Shown: positions 24,845 through 35,733 of the stretch, in pieces | Position numbering within the stretch: the first letter of the stretch is position 1 | Layout of the letters: every line of letters begins with the position of its first letter | Source: a bacterium | Lineage (GTDB): Bacteria > Patescibacteriota > Minisyncoccia > Phycocordibacterales > UBA2100 | DNA length: 64,000 nt | Direction of reading: 5' to 3' | Assembly (NCBI GenBank): GCA_009924895.1 | Contig: RFQR01000001.1 | Coordinates: 79,575-143,574 of the forward strand | Program-made: the position numbers and the translations under genes | The notes under the pieces: generated by a model | The model's input: the letters and a program-made list of their open reading frames with translations, nothing else | What the model was told of the DNA's origin: nothing | Database searches by the model: none

Positions 24845-25873
24845 GTGAAACTTCTCATACTTACGCAAGCAGTTGACCGCACCAATCCGATCTTAGGGTT
24901 CATGCACCGCTGGATCCAAGCGCTCGCGCAAAAATGCGACAGCGTCGTTGTTGTGTGTCTGAAAAAGGGTACCTACACACTGCCCAGTAATGTACGTGTG
25001 CTCTCCCTTGGGAAAGAGGAGGGGGTGGGGAAGTTCACGTACGTCACACGCTTCTTTTTGTATCTTTGGAGCGAGCGGAATAACTATGATGCGGTATTTG
25101 TTCATATGAACCAGGAGTACGTTCTCATTGGTGGACTTTTGTGGCGACTTCTCGGAAAAAGGATTGTATTGTGGCGTAATCACAAAAAGGGAAGCATTCT
25201 GACCCGCATTGCTGTCGCGCTTTCTCATGCGGTTACCTGCACATCGCCGGATTCGTATACAAAGCGTTTTTCGAAAACAGTGTTGATGCCGGTCGGGATT
25301 GACACTGATTTTTTTGTACCGGGGAAGCCGCCCGAAAAAAATACTATCCTTTTTTTCGGGCGGCTTGACCCGGTAAAACGTGTACATATTTTTGTCGAAG
25401 CGTTGGTGCGTCTCAAAGCGCGCGGCGTCATGTTTTGTGCCACGATTTGCGGTGATCCGAGTATCGGTAGCGAGTCATATGGCGAAGAAGTGCGTTCGTT
25501 TGGAAAAAAACTTGTCGAGGATGGCTCGCTGATATTCCGCCCGAGTATACCGCAGGCGCAGGCGCCACAGCTTTTTCAATCACATGCAGTGTATGTAAAC
25601 CTGACTCCTTCGGGAAGTTTCGATAAGACAATACTTGAGGCAGCTGCTTCTGGGTGTATTCCTGTCGTAGAAAACAATGTTTTACATGCGATAGTGCCTG
25701 GAGAGCTGCACGCGGGAACTCATGTCGACGGTGCTCTTATTCACGCGCTTTCACTAAACGATGAGCGTCGAAAAGCGCTTCAAGATCGCTTGCGCGTATA
25801 TGTGGTTTCTGAACACTCGCTTAACTTACTCATTAATCGTATACTCGCCGTATGTTCGAACGTAAAAAAGTAA
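24845..25873 (+). CDS. Glycosyltransferase family 4
   Basis: PVGIDTDFF, FGRLDPVKR, GSFDKTILEAAASG. Confidence 0.9.
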   Translation: MKLLILTQAVDRTNPILGFMHRWIQALAQKCDSVVVVCLKKGTYTLPSNVRVLSLGKEEGVGKFTYVTRFFLYLWSERNNYDAVFVHMNQEYVLIGGLLWRLLGKRIVLWRNHKKGSILTRIAVALSHAVTCTSPDSYTKRFSKTVLMPVGIDTDFFVPGKPPEKNTILFFGRLDPVKRVHIFVEALVRLKARGVMFCATICGDPSIGSESYGEEVRSFGKKLVEDGSLIFRPSIPQAQAPQLFQSHAVYVNLTPSGSFDKTILEAAASGCIPVVENNVLHAIVPGELHAGTHVDGALIHALSLNDERRKALQDRLRVYVVSEHSLNLLINRILAVCSNVKK

Positions 25874-26568
25874 GTGTTGTCATACCCACGTATAATGAGG
25901 AGCACAGTATTCGTGCCGCAATTGATGGTTTTTTTGCGACAGGCTTTGTAGATGAAGTCGTCGTCGTCGACAACAATGCTCGCGGTAACACCGCACAAGA
26001 AATACAGAAAACACGCGCGGTACATGTGCGAGAGACAGAAAAGCAGGGTTATGGCCATGCTATCATGCGCGGTCTTATAGAATCGACAGGTGATCTAATT
26101 ATTGTTTGCGAAGGCGATGGAACGTTTGACCCTCGAGATACCGAAAAATTTTTGATCTATTCTCGGAATTTTGATGTGGTCTTTGGTTCACGTACATCCC
26201 GGTCTACAGTACTTGGTAATGCTTTCATGCCCGAATCAGTGCGAATCGGTAACTGGGGCATGGCGAAATTTTTGGAATTTCTTCATAACGGAACTGTTAT
26301 AACTGATGTAGGATGCACGTTTCGTCTCTTGTCCCGCTCAGCTCTCGAGAAGATAAAACCACTATTCCCATTCTCTGACGGCGGAGGAAGATTCTCGCCT
26401 GAAATGATGATATGGCTTTTCCGCTCAAACCTGCGCTGTATTGAGATTCCGGTCATGTATAAAGAGCGCGTTGGTCAGAGCATGTATACCGGCTCAGTGT
26501 GGAAGGCGGCGCGTTTGGGTTTTTTCATGATACCACTTATCATCTGGTACCGATTTAAAAAAATATGA
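25852..26568 (+). CDS. Glycosyltransferase family 2
   Basis: VSVVIPTYNEE, VVVDNN, GYGHA, EGDGT, VFGSR. Confidence 0.9.
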   Translation: MFERKKVSVVIPTYNEEHSIRAAIDGFFATGFVDEVVVVDNNARGNTAQEIQKTRAVHVRETEKQGYGHAIMRGLIESTGDLIIVCEGDGTFDPRDTEKFLIYSRNFDVVFGSRTSRSTVLGNAFMPESVRIGNWGMAKFLEFLHNGTVITDVGCTFRLLSRSALEKIKPLFPFSDGGGRFSPEMMIWLFRSNLRCIEIPVMYKERVGQSMYTGSVWKAARLGFFMIPLIIWYRFKKI

Positions 26569-27206
26569 AAGACGCTTATTACGCATCACGATTTACTCCT
26601 GACCCCAACAGAAGCGCGGTATGGTCAGAAATAGTTCGTTACCACAAACGATTTATCCCCGAAAATGCAACAGTTGTTGATTTGGGGGCAGGGTATTGTG
26701 ACTTCATCAATCTCGTGAGAGGAAAAAAGAAATACGCAGTTGATTCTTCTCCCGAATTACCCAATTACGCTCATGCTTCTGTCGAAGCAATTCAAGCAGT
26801 AGCATGGGATCTTTCCAAAATATCTTCAGACTCGGTTGACGTTATCCATGCGAGTAACTTGTTTGAACATTTTTCAGATGATGAATTGGCACGAGTTATG
26901 GCTGAAGTAAAACGAGTCTTGAAAAAGGGAGGCAAGCTCATCCTTATGCAGCCGAATTACCGACTTGCATACAAGACATATTTTGACGATCCAACTCACA
27001 AGAAAGTTTTTAGTGATGCAGCGCTTGAGAGTTTTCTAGTATCGCATGAGATGGATGTTGTGTGTAAGATGCCACGGTTCTTACCGTTTTCGTTGCGATC
27101 GCGTCCATCAATTATTCCTGCACATCCGCTTATCGTACGTGCGTACCTCCATTCTCCTGTGAAGCCGTTTGCGGGACAGATGTTGTTTGTGTCAGTGAAA
27201 AAATAG
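26565..27206 (+). CDS. Class I SAM-dependent methyltransferase
   Basis: VVDLGAGYC, SNLFEH, RVLKKGG. Confidence 0.88.
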   Translation: MKDAYYASRFTPDPNRSAVWSEIVRYHKRFIPENATVVDLGAGYCDFINLVRGKKKYAVDSSPELPNYAHASVEAIQAVAWDLSKISSDSVDVIHASNLFEHFSDDELARVMAEVKRVLKKGGKLILMQPNYRLAYKTYFDDPTHKKVFSDAALESFLVSHEMDVVCKMPRFLPFSLRSRPSIIPAHPLIVRAYLHSPVKPFAGQMLFVSVKK

Positions 27207-27207
27207 T

Positions 27208-28866
27208 ATGAAACGTGAATATCTACTCCTTGCAATGATTGCAGCACTTTTTCTGGTACTGCGCTTGCCAGGCGTTGAATTGCCGCTCCATCAAGACGAA
27301 TATAAATGGCCGCAAATTGTAAATCCAGCATACGTAAGCGAAACCGAAATTCCACATCCGCCACTTTCTCAGTTTATTTATGCTCTGGCAGGGAAGGTAA
27401 CAGGGTACGATGTTCATCTGCGTTTTGTACCGCTTACATTTGGGCTCATAAACCTTTTTTTGCTTTGGTACTGGATGCGCCATCGATTTGGTCCACGAGA
27501 AGCACTCCTCGGTGCACTCTTTTTCGCGCTTTCATTTTACAGCGTGCTCGCGTCCTTGATGGTCGACACGGATGGACAGATACTGCCGTTTTTCTTGCTT
27601 ATCGCCTTGATCGCGTATGAACGAGCGCAAGAGTGGAATACGCGCGCAAAGTGGTGGTCGTTTGTTTTGGTAGCGGCATGTGTTGCGGGCTTTTTTGTGA
27701 AAACGAGCTTCGTGTTAGTCATCGGTGCGCTCATGCTTGATTTTCTCTGGGAGCGCCGCACGCGCTTACCACTGCGCACGCTCGCATGGTATGCACTCTA
27801 TGCGGCATGTGCGGTAGTCGCGCTCCTGCTTCTCCTTATACTGGCACAAAAAGCATTCCCATTCTTTAATCTCCGCGCGTCACTGTCGTATTGGGAGCAT
27901 TTCGCATCCTTACATCACAATTGGTTTCAGACGGCAATTCAGGTAGTGAAGGCGTGTTTTTACCTCTCGCCATTTCTCGTGCTTATGCCAGTTTTGGTGA
28001 CTCGCGACATTGTATGCCGCACGCGCCCCCTTTTCTTTTTTGTTGGACTCGGTCTGTTTTTCTATCTTATCTTGTTTGACTTCTCGGTCGGAGCGCTCGA
28101 TCGATACCTGCAGTTTCTGGTCATTCCGCTCGTGGTATGGGCAGTGCTTATTGTCGCCCGCATACGGTGGGAAGGTAGATTTTTGCGTGCCGCGTGTGGC
28201 GCAGGTGTTGTCGTTGCCGTGGTGCTGCTCTACGTTCAGTTTTTTCCTCACAGCGTCCCGTCACTTTACCCTAAGGCTGACTGGATTGGACGGATCACCC
28301 ATTTCCATTGGGCTATGTTGTATCCGTTTTCAGGGGGATCGGGCCCGCTCACGTTTTACATGTCATTCCTCTTTATCGCCCTTATATGGTGCGTGAGCGT
28401 GGCTGCAGTTGTGCTCGCACGGTGGAAAACTGAGTGGCGTGTCGCCGCAGTAAGTTTCTTGGTGCCACTCGCACTCGTCTATAATGGCATGTTTACCGAA
28501 GAGTATCTTGCCGGAGCAGTGAATGGGTTTGCACCGGGACTTGTCGAGCGTTCTGTTTCGTTTATTGCACAGAACCCCGACATTCAGCGTGTCGTCGTCT
28601 ACAACGACAACGGTGGCGCGGAAGTACAGGCAATAGGGAAGTATGAGAAACGATTGTATACATCGCCTGATTTTAATTGGAATGACAAAGCAAAAACGAT
28701 GAATGCATTTTCAGGACACTATCTGGTTATTGATGCTCCACCTGTTGATCCAAACTCTTTTTTCGCCAAGTATTTTGCAACGTGCCAGGTGGTTTATAGT
28801 GACACATCACGTGCCATGACGGCGAAAGTATACGATTGTCGAAAAGCACCGAAAATTCAGCTCTAG
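27208..28866 (+). CDS. GT-C (ArnT/PMT-like, family 39/83) membrane glycosyltransferase
   Basis: Multiple TM helices, LHQDE, HPPL, LRFVPL.FG. Confidence 0.8.
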   Translation: MKREYLLLAMIAALFLVLRLPGVELPLHQDEYKWPQIVNPAYVSETEIPHPPLSQFIYALAGKVTGYDVHLRFVPLTFGLINLFLLWYWMRHRFGPREALLGALFFALSFYSVLASLMVDTDGQILPFFLLIALIAYERAQEWNTRAKWWSFVLVAACVAGFFVKTSFVLVIGALMLDFLWERRTRLPLRTLAWYALYAACAVVALLLLLILAQKAFPFFNLRASLSYWEHFASLHHNWFQTAIQVVKACFYLSPFLVLMPVLVTRDIVCRTRPLFFFVGLGLFFYLILFDFSVGALDRYLQFLVIPLVVWAVLIVARIRWEGRFLRAACGAGVVVAVVLLYVQFFPHSVPSLYPKADWIGRITHFHWAMLYPFSGGSGPLTFYMSFLFIALIWCVSVAAVVLARWKTEWRVAAVSFLVPLALVYNGMFTEEYLAGAVNGFAPGLVERSVSFIAQNPDIQRVVVYNDNGGAEVQAIGKYEKRLYTSPDFNWNDKAKTMNAFSGHYLVIDAPPVDPNSFFAKYFATCQVVYSDTSRAMTAKVYDCRKAPKIQL

Positions 28867-28900
28867 TGCGCTCGTTTGCCCTCTGTGCTAGACTGCCGCC

Positions 28901-29935
28901 ATGGCAAAACAGACTAAAAAAGTAGTAGGAACCAAAGCGGTCGAGAAGCTGTTAATCACTGGTGGCGCAGGGTTTATTGGCCACCACATTGTGCAGTATT
29001 TTCTTGAGGAAACGAATTGGGACATTGTTATTTTGGATCGCCTCGATGTTTCAGGCACCTTGAATCGTTTGACTGATTTGCCGAACTGGGAAGCACAAAA
29101 GAGTCGTGTGAAATTTGTGTACCACGATTTTCGTGCGCCACTCAATGAATATGTCACCACTCGCTTGGGTGAGGTGAACTACATCTTGCACCTTGCAGCT
29201 TCGACGCATGTCGACCGCTCGATTTCTGATCCGATGCTCTTTGTGGAAGATAATGTCGTTGGTACGACGAACATGCTGCAGTACGCACGCACACTCAAGA
29301 ATCTGAAAGCGTTCATTAACTTCTCAACTGATGAGGTGTTTGGTCCTGCGCCAGTGGGCGTTTCTCATAAAGAAGATGCGCCGTATATTCCTTCAAACCC
29401 GTACTCTGCATCCAAAGCAGGTGCGGCATCAATGGGTATCGCTTTTTTCATTACGTATGGCGTGCCAGTCATTACCACGTACACGATGAATAATTTCGGT
29501 GAACGGCAGCACCCTGAAAAGTTGATTCCGCGCACTATCCGTTCGGTGATTAAGGGCGAGACGATGCCGATTTTTGCAGAGCTCAATTCAAAAGGGAAAT
29601 TGCAGGGTGTGGGAAGCAGGTTCTGGCTCCATGCACGCAACACCGCCTCTGCGGTTCATTTCCTTTTACAGAAAGGAAAGGCAGGTGAGGCATACAACAT
29701 CATTGGTTTTGATGAGTTAACTAATCTTGAAATTGCACAGAAAGTTGCACAGTTTGTCGGAAAGCCACTCAAGTATAAATTTGTAGACTTCCACAAAATG
29801 CGTCCTGGTCATGATAGGCGCTATGCACTTGATGGAACAAAATTGAAGGAACTCGGCTGGAAGCCGTTGGTAGATTTTGAAACATCACTCAAGCAAACCA
29901 TAGATTTCGCACTCGAGCACCCAGAGTGGATTTAA
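28901..29935 (+). CDS. rfbB: dTDP-glucose 4,6-dehydratase
   Basis: ITGGAGFIG, HLAASTHVDRSI, STDEVFG, PSNPYSASKA, RPGHDRRYA. Confidence 0.88.
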   Translation: MAKQTKKVVGTKAVEKLLITGGAGFIGHHIVQYFLEETNWDIVILDRLDVSGTLNRLTDLPNWEAQKSRVKFVYHDFRAPLNEYVTTRLGEVNYILHLAASTHVDRSISDPMLFVEDNVVGTTNMLQYARTLKNLKAFINFSTDEVFGPAPVGVSHKEDAPYIPSNPYSASKAGAASMGIAFFITYGVPVITTYTMNNFGERQHPEKLIPRTIRSVIKGETMPIFAELNSKGKLQGVGSRFWLHARNTASAVHFLLQKGKAGEAYNIIGFDELTNLEIAQKVAQFVGKPLKYKFVDFHKMRPGHDRRYALDGTKLKELGWKPLVDFETSLKQTIDFALEHPEWI

Positions 29936-29939
29936 TTCT

Positions 29940-30704
29940 ATGAAAGGAATCATTCTCGCAGGAGGAAAAGGAACACGACTTCGTCCGGCGACGTTGGTGA
30001 TGAATAAACACCTGATTCCTATTCTGAATAAACCAATGGTGCTCTATCCGATTGAGACACTTCGAGACGTGTTCGGAATTAAGGACATTTTAATTGTTTC
30101 TGGAGGTGATCATATTGGAGGATTCGCTGAGTTTTTGGGTGATGGATCAGAATATGGGGTTGAACTCACATATCGTGTACAAACGCAAGCGGGAGGTATC
30201 GCCCAAGCCCTTGCCCTTGCTGAAAACTTTGCACAAGGTGAGTCAATCGCTGTGATTTTGGGAGACAATATTTTTGATGCAAAGGCGCTCAAAAAATCAA
30301 GCAAGAATCTCAAAAAAAGTAACAATGCAACACTTTTTTTGAAAGAAGTTCCCGATGCAGAACGATTTGGTGTGCCCACTTTAAATCAAAAAGGTAAGAT
30401 AGTAAAAATCACTGAAAAGCCGCAAAAGCCAGATTCTTCGTATGCAGTAACGGGTCTCTATCTCTACCCAGGCGACGTATTCAAGAAGGTTAAGAAACTA
30501 AAACCGTCCGCACGTGGAGAACTCGAAATCACCGACGTGAATCAGATGTATGTCCAGGAGGGTAAGTGTAACGATATTATTTTCGACGGTTTTTGGTCTG
30601 ACGCGGGCACGCCTGCTTCACTTGCACGTACCGTGCTCTGGGCAGCAGAACAATCAGATATTGGTACCGCGGATGATTCCTCTTATTTGCGATTATCACC
30701 CTAA
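29940..30704 (+). CDS. rfbA: Glucose-1-phosphate thymidylyltransferase (RfbA/SpsI type)
   Basis: MKGIILAGGKGTRLRP, ILGDNIF, PSARGELEITD, WSDAGT. Confidence 0.88.
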   Translation: MKGIILAGGKGTRLRPATLVMNKHLIPILNKPMVLYPIETLRDVFGIKDILIVSGGDHIGGFAEFLGDGSEYGVELTYRVQTQAGGIAQALALAENFAQGESIAVILGDNIFDAKALKKSSKNLKKSNNATLFLKEVPDAERFGVPTLNQKGKIVKITEKPQKPDSSYAVTGLYLYPGDVFKKVKKLKPSARGELEITDVNQMYVQEGKCNDIIFDGFWSDAGTPASLARTVLWAAEQSDIGTADDSSYLRLSP

Positions 30705-30724
30705 CTAAGTAAAATACCGACACT

Positions 30725-31993
30725 ATGGCAAAAATCTTCAAACATCACGATGCGAAACTAGGAATCTTGAACCGCTGTCAGATTACAAACTCAAAGAATC
30801 TGTTTGAAGGAATTGATTTGGGACACCAGCCGCCGTGCAGTGTATTGCCAAACCAAAAGACGATTCGCGAACCAGAAACCTTCTACCCGCTGCGCCTCAT
30901 GATTTGCCCTGACTCAGGTTTAGGACAGCTTGACTACGTGGTGGATGGAAAAATTTTGTTCCCCACAGAGTATCCGTATCGTCCTGGTATTTCGGCGCCA
31001 CTTCGTGACCACTTGAATGCAATCAGTGGAGAAACCGTCGCAACGGCAGGCATTCCTCCAAAGTCACTCTGTGTTGACGTGGGTTCAAACGATGGAACAC
31101 TGCTCTCTTTCTTTAAGGCGCGCGGCATGAAGACTCTTGGTGTTGAGCCAACAAACATGGCAAAAGTAGCACGCAAAGAAAACAAGATAAACACCATTCA
31201 GAGTTTCTTTACTGAAGTAGTTGCAAAACAAATTGTAAAAAAAGAAGGAAAGGCAAAGGTGATTACGTTCACCAATGTCTTTGCACACATGGCGCCACTT
31301 GGTGAGGTCATGCGCGGCATTACGAGCCTTTTGGACAACGACGGAGTCTTCATGTCTGAGAGTCAGTATCTTCTCGATGTGTTTCTCGGAAATCAGTTTG
31401 ACGAAATCTATCATGACCACGTCCGCATTTACAGCCTCAAATCGCTTGTGAAGCTCTTCTCGCTCTATGGCATGGAAGTATTCGATGCAAAACGAGTACA
31501 CACTCGTGAGGGTAGTATCCGTATTTATGCGGGCTGGAAGGGTAAGCATAAAGTGACTGATGAGGTAGCAAAGATTTTGAAGACTGAAGAGGATTCTGGC
31601 ATGTTTACTGAAAAGGGATGGGAAGGATTCCGTGCTCGAGTTAAAAAGAGTCGGGATCAGTTTTTGGATCTTGCGCATGAAGCTCGTCGCAAGGGATTGA
31701 AGTTTGTTGCAGATTCATGTCCGACACGTGGCGTGGTCCTTACGAATTACTACGGACTCGACCGTGAGCTCTTACCGTATGTCTCTCAAATTCCTGGCAC
31801 GGAAAAGGTGGGCAAGTATATGCCGGGAACCCACAATCCAATCGTCAGTAACGAAATCATCTTGAAGGACAAGCCTGACTACATCATCATTCTTGCGTGG
31901 CACTACGCTGACTACATCATCAAAAATTGGCGTGCAAAAGGGGTAAAGGCAAAGTTCGTCATCCCACTCCCTGATTTCCAAATTGTTGAGTAG
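30725..31993 (+). CDS. NDP-hexose C-methyltransferase
   Basis: DLGHQP, YPLRL, DVGSNDG, NVFAH, FDEIYHDH, KVGKYMPGTH.PI, PDY.IILAWH. Confidence 0.88.
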   Translation: MAKIFKHHDAKLGILNRCQITNSKNLFEGIDLGHQPPCSVLPNQKTIREPETFYPLRLMICPDSGLGQLDYVVDGKILFPTEYPYRPGISAPLRDHLNAISGETVATAGIPPKSLCVDVGSNDGTLLSFFKARGMKTLGVEPTNMAKVARKENKINTIQSFFTEVVAKQIVKKEGKAKVITFTNVFAHMAPLGEVMRGITSLLDNDGVFMSESQYLLDVFLGNQFDEIYHDHVRIYSLKSLVKLFSLYGMEVFDAKRVHTREGSIRIYAGWKGKHKVTDEVAKILKTEEDSGMFTEKGWEGFRARVKKSRDQFLDLAHEARRKGLKFVADSCPTRGVVLTNYYGLDRELLPYVSQIPGTEKVGKYMPGTHNPIVSNEIILKDKPDYIIILAWHYADYIIKNWRAKGVKAKFVIPLPDFQIVE

Positions 31994-32024
31994 AATGAGT
32001 GTGTGAGGCACCTCACGATACTCC

Positions 32025-33077
32025 ATGATGCACATTCCACTCTTTAAGACGTATATCTCCTGGCGTTCAGTCTGGAATGTTTCAACGCTTCTCATTAAAT
32101 CAAATTACGGCACCTATCTCGGCGAGGGTCCGCAGGTAAAAGCTCTCGAACAAGAATTCGGACAGATGTTCGGTGTCAAAAATGTCTCCGTGCTTAATTC
32201 AGGAACATCAGCGCTTGAGCTTTCGTACGAGCTTGCAGGGATTGGTCCTGGAGATGAGGTTATAAGTCCTGTTCTTACCTTCTCTGGCACAAACTCCTGT
32301 TTGGTGCACCGCGGAGCGCATATTGTCTTTGCTGATACCGACCGTGATCTCAATGTTGATATTGAGGATGTAAAGCGAAAAATTACACCAAAGACCAAAG
32401 CGATCGTGTTCGTGCATTTTGGAGGCAATAATCGTGGACTCAAAGAACTGCTCGAGATTGGTGCCCAGAAAAATATCATTATTATTGAAGACGCCGCACA
32501 GGCAATTGGCTCGGATTTTTGGGGGCAGGCAGATTTTACCTGTCTTTCATTCCAGGCTATTAAAACATTCACGACCGGTGATGGTGGGGCGCTTTTGTGT
32601 AAAGATGACGAGCACGATAAAAAGGGAAGGAGGTTGCGTTGGTTTGGGTATGATCGTGAAAAGAAACAGAAAGAAGGTGATACTGACCTTGTTGAAGCAG
32701 GATACAAATATCATATGAATGATATAACGGCAGCAATTGGTCGTGGAAATCTTATTTCGCTTCCGAAAATGATCGCACATCGTAAAACACTGATGGAAGA
32801 ATATCGTCGCCAGGGTATTCCTGCTTCGATATGGTTTGCGCATTATCTCAGCCCTCGACGCAAAGAACTCATGGCATTTTTGAAAGAGAGCGGTATTCAT
32901 ACGGGTATACACCACTATCGCAACGATGCGTATACGCTCTTTGGAGGCAGAAAGCCCTTTAAGATTATGGATGAAATTGAAAATCAATACCTTCTTTTGC
33001 CGCTACATCACGGAATGAACGTGAATGATGTGCGCCGTATTTGTAGCCTCATAAAATCATTTCATGAAATACACTAA
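32025..33077 (+). CDS. DegT/DnrJ/EryC1/StrS sugar aminotransferase
   Basis: NSGTSAL, GPGDEVI, IEDAAQA, SFQAIKTFTTGDGG, GYKYHMND. Confidence 0.92.
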   Translation: MMHIPLFKTYISWRSVWNVSTLLIKSNYGTYLGEGPQVKALEQEFGQMFGVKNVSVLNSGTSALELSYELAGIGPGDEVISPVLTFSGTNSCLVHRGAHIVFADTDRDLNVDIEDVKRKITPKTKAIVFVHFGGNNRGLKELLEIGAQKNIIIIEDAAQAIGSDFWGQADFTCLSFQAIKTFTTGDGGALLCKDDEHDKKGRRLRWFGYDREKKQKEGDTDLVEAGYKYHMNDITAAIGRGNLISLPKMIAHRKTLMEEYRRQGIPASIWFAHYLSPRRKELMAFLKESGIHTGIHHYRNDAYTLFGGRKPFKIMDEIENQYLLLPLHHGMNVNDVRRICSLIKSFHEIH

Positions 33078-33732
33078 TCCTGATCTCGATAGTTCATATC
33101 GCGAAAACAATCTGGGAAAAGATTTGTACGATGCGGTGCTCGAACACAAGCCAAAAAAAATTATTGAATTTGGTTCTTTGTACGGGTACTCAACAGTTGC
33201 GATGGCGCTCGCACTGCATGAATTAGGGGAAGGAAGCATCTGTGTGTATGACCTGTTTGAGTCCTATATGTACACGCATTCAGCGCACAAACACACGAGT
33301 CAAGAATCTCTTAAAAAAGGAGGCCTTCGCTACTATCTTGAGGCGTTCATTATGGACATACCTATGTGGCTTCATCCAAGTAGGAACATGATTTCGCGCA
33401 GACAAGTGCGCACTAATTTGGAGAAATATGGAGTGTCAAACTTTGTGACTCTCAAGAAAATGAATTTTAAAGACTGGATTAAAAATCCTGAGCCGTTCGA
33501 CATGATGCACTTTGATGTCGCAAACAACGGAGATACTTTGCGCGCGCTCTATGAAGCCGTAAAGCCTTTTGTACAAGCAGGCTCGCACGTTTACTTTGAA
33601 GGGGGGAGTGCCGAACGAGATTCGTTGGTGTGGATGGAGAAACACGGATTGAAAAAAATAAGCGAATCGGGAGTGCCGTATCGTGTTGTGAACGAGAATT
33701 TTCCTTCATTATCAGTTATCGAACGCGTATGA
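33064..33732 (+). CDS. SAM-dependent methyltransferase (Methyltransf_24-like)
   Basis: IIEFGSLYGYST, FDMMHFD. Confidence 0.75.
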   Translation: MKYTNPDLDSSYRENNLGKDLYDAVLEHKPKKIIEFGSLYGYSTVAMALALHELGEGSICVYDLFESYMYTHSAHKHTSQESLKKGGLRYYLEAFIMDIPMWLHPSRNMISRRQVRTNLEKYGVSNFVTLKKMNFKDWIKNPEPFDMMHFDVANNGDTLRALYEAVKPFVQAGSHVYFEGGSAERDSLVWMEKHGLKKISESGVPYRVVNENFPSLSVIERV

Positions 33733-34550
33733 AACGACTCGCGGTAGTTGCAAGTGGTTGGCATTTCCCACTCTCGTTTTACGAACAAATGGCGGCGCAA
33801 AAGAAGCCTGAGGGGTGGGAGGTGGATTTGTTTGTTGTTTCTCATCGTGATCCTTCTTATTCAGCTGCAGAAAAAAAAGAAGCCTTGAAGACACTCGGGT
33901 ACGGAAGACGTGAACTTTTCGATCGCATTATGTACCGCGCGGTGGCGACAGTTGCTGACATTGAACGATTGGGGTGGAACTATGTTCTCGAGCCAAACAC
34001 TATGGGCGATTGGGGGTGTATTAATCAATGGCTTGAAAAGCATGATTACAAGCAGTACGACAAGTTTTTGTTTACGCACGATGATAACTATCTTTTTACC
34101 GAGAGTATTTTTGAAAAGATTCTTCCACAAGATGATTGGCTGATTATGACCAATTCGACGGGAAGTGCTCAGCGAAGACTCAGAGAATGGCTCTATCTCC
34201 CGAAGCCATTTTCTGCGCGTGGCTCTTTTGAATTTTTCACCCGAGAGATGATGGATTTATTGGGTGGTTCTTTTGATTTGTCTCGTACGAATGTAACGCG
34301 TGTCGGGCAGTTCGGCTCACCAGCTGATTTTCGGGAAATTTCAGAATGGAATGAAAACGATCGAGCGATTAAGGATTTTGTCGATTCGCATGGACTTACT
34401 TCTCGAGTGAAGGCGCTTTCGAGGTACTACCGCATGAGTATCTACTGCCTCGAGGGAGAACGTGGTTTCATTCATCGCACCGAGAAAAGTAACACGGCAG
34501 AAGAGGAACGCGGGCTCGATGCAATCGAGGCACATTATCGTCAGAAATAG
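33729..34550 (+). CDS. Hypothetical GT-A-like protein
   Basis: PNTMGDWG, FLFTHDD (DxD-like); coupled to the upstream gene by an ATGA overlap. Confidence 0.6.
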   Translation: MKRLAVVASGWHFPLSFYEQMAAQKKPEGWEVDLFVVSHRDPSYSAAEKKEALKTLGYGRRELFDRIMYRAVATVADIERLGWNYVLEPNTMGDWGCINQWLEKHDYKQYDKFLFTHDDNYLFTESIFEKILPQDDWLIMTNSTGSAQRRLREWLYLPKPFSARGSFEFFTREMMDLLGGSFDLSRTNVTRVGQFGSPADFREISEWNENDRAIKDFVDSHGLTSRVKALSRYYRMSIYCLEGERGFIHRTEKSNTAEEERGLDAIEAHYRQK

Positions 34551-34591
34551 CCTCGATTGTGACGCTTTGCACTTCGCGCTAGTATGAGCAG

Positions 34592-35731
34592 ATGAAATTG
34601 GTTTACGTCACGAGTTCACGCATTCCTACTGAGCGTGCCTATGGACAGGCCATCATGAAGATGTGTGAGGCTTTTGCAGAGACTGGAGTTGAAGTCACTC
34701 TGATTTCACCGAAAAAAAGTCCCCATCAGCCAAAAGATTCTTTTGAGTTTCATGCTATTAGGCGCACCTTTGTTCATACTCATGCATGGGGAACTGACCT
34801 TCTTAATGGCGTCCTGGTAGGGCGTTGGGGGTATTGGACTGATCTTCTCACCTTCTTGTTATCGATGTATACGATCCAGCTTCCCACATTGCTACGGGCG
34901 GATGTGGTTTTTACACGTGAATTAGCATTTGTGCCACTGCGCTTGTTTGGTATTGCGGTGGTGCTTGAAAGTCACGCACTTCCTGCGAGGCGAGGTTGGT
35001 ATCTGTGGTGTGCACGCTTTCTTTCAGGAATTGTAACCATTTCGCAACCGTTAAAACGAGCATTCGAAAGTGGTGGTGTTTCGTCAAAAAAAATATGCGT
35101 GTTACCGAGCGGTGTGGATTTGGCCACCTTTCAAATTAATACCGAACAAAACGAGGCGCGCGCCACGCTCGAATTACCGCAAGGCCCACTCTTTCTCTAT
35201 ACGGGTAATTTTACGACAATGGGTGAGGACAAGGGCATACTCGACGTATTTCGTGCACTCGCACACATGCCCCAAGGAACTTTTGTGGCTGTGGGGGCGT
35301 ATCCAGAGGACTTTGAGCATTATACTTCTGAAGCTCGGAAACATAATGTACAGGATCGCGTTATTATTCGGGGGAGAGAATCACAGGCGAATCTCGCGCT
35401 GTATCAGCGCGCAGCGGATATTCTCCTCATGCCTTTTCCTGACAAACCACACTATCGCAATGCAATGTCTCCGATAAAGATGTTTGAGTACATGGCATCA
35501 GGGCGCCCCATTATTGCTTCTGACTTACCAACGATTCGTGAAGTATTAAATGATTCGAATGCGTACTTTGTGCAACCAGGTGATGCTGTGAGGCTCTCGT
35601 CAGTTTTGCAAGAAGTTTTCTCTCACTCCGACGAAGCACAAAAACGTGCAGAGCAGGCTCGACGTGATGTACAATCCTACAGCTGGCTAGAACGTGCAAG
35701 AGCCTTGCACACCTTTTTTGCTCATCTCTAA
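34592..35731 (+). CDS. Glycosyltransferase family 4
   Basis: PSGVD, YTG....EDKG, SPIKMFEYMASGRPIIASDLP. Confidence 0.9.
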   Translation: MKLVYVTSSRIPTERAYGQAIMKMCEAFAETGVEVTLISPKKSPHQPKDSFEFHAIRRTFVHTHAWGTDLLNGVLVGRWGYWTDLLTFLLSMYTIQLPTLLRADVVFTRELAFVPLRLFGIAVVLESHALPARRGWYLWCARFLSGIVTISQPLKRAFESGGVSSKKICVLPSGVDLATFQINTEQNEARATLELPQGPLFLYTGNFTTMGEDKGILDVFRALAHMPQGTFVAVGAYPEDFEHYTSEARKHNVQDRVIIRGRESQANLALYQRAADILLMPFPDKPHYRNAMSPIKMFEYMASGRPIIASDLPTIREVLNDSNAYFVQPGDAVRLSSVLQEVFSHSDEAQKRAEQARRDVQSYSWLERARALHTFFAHL

Positions 35732-35733
35732 TT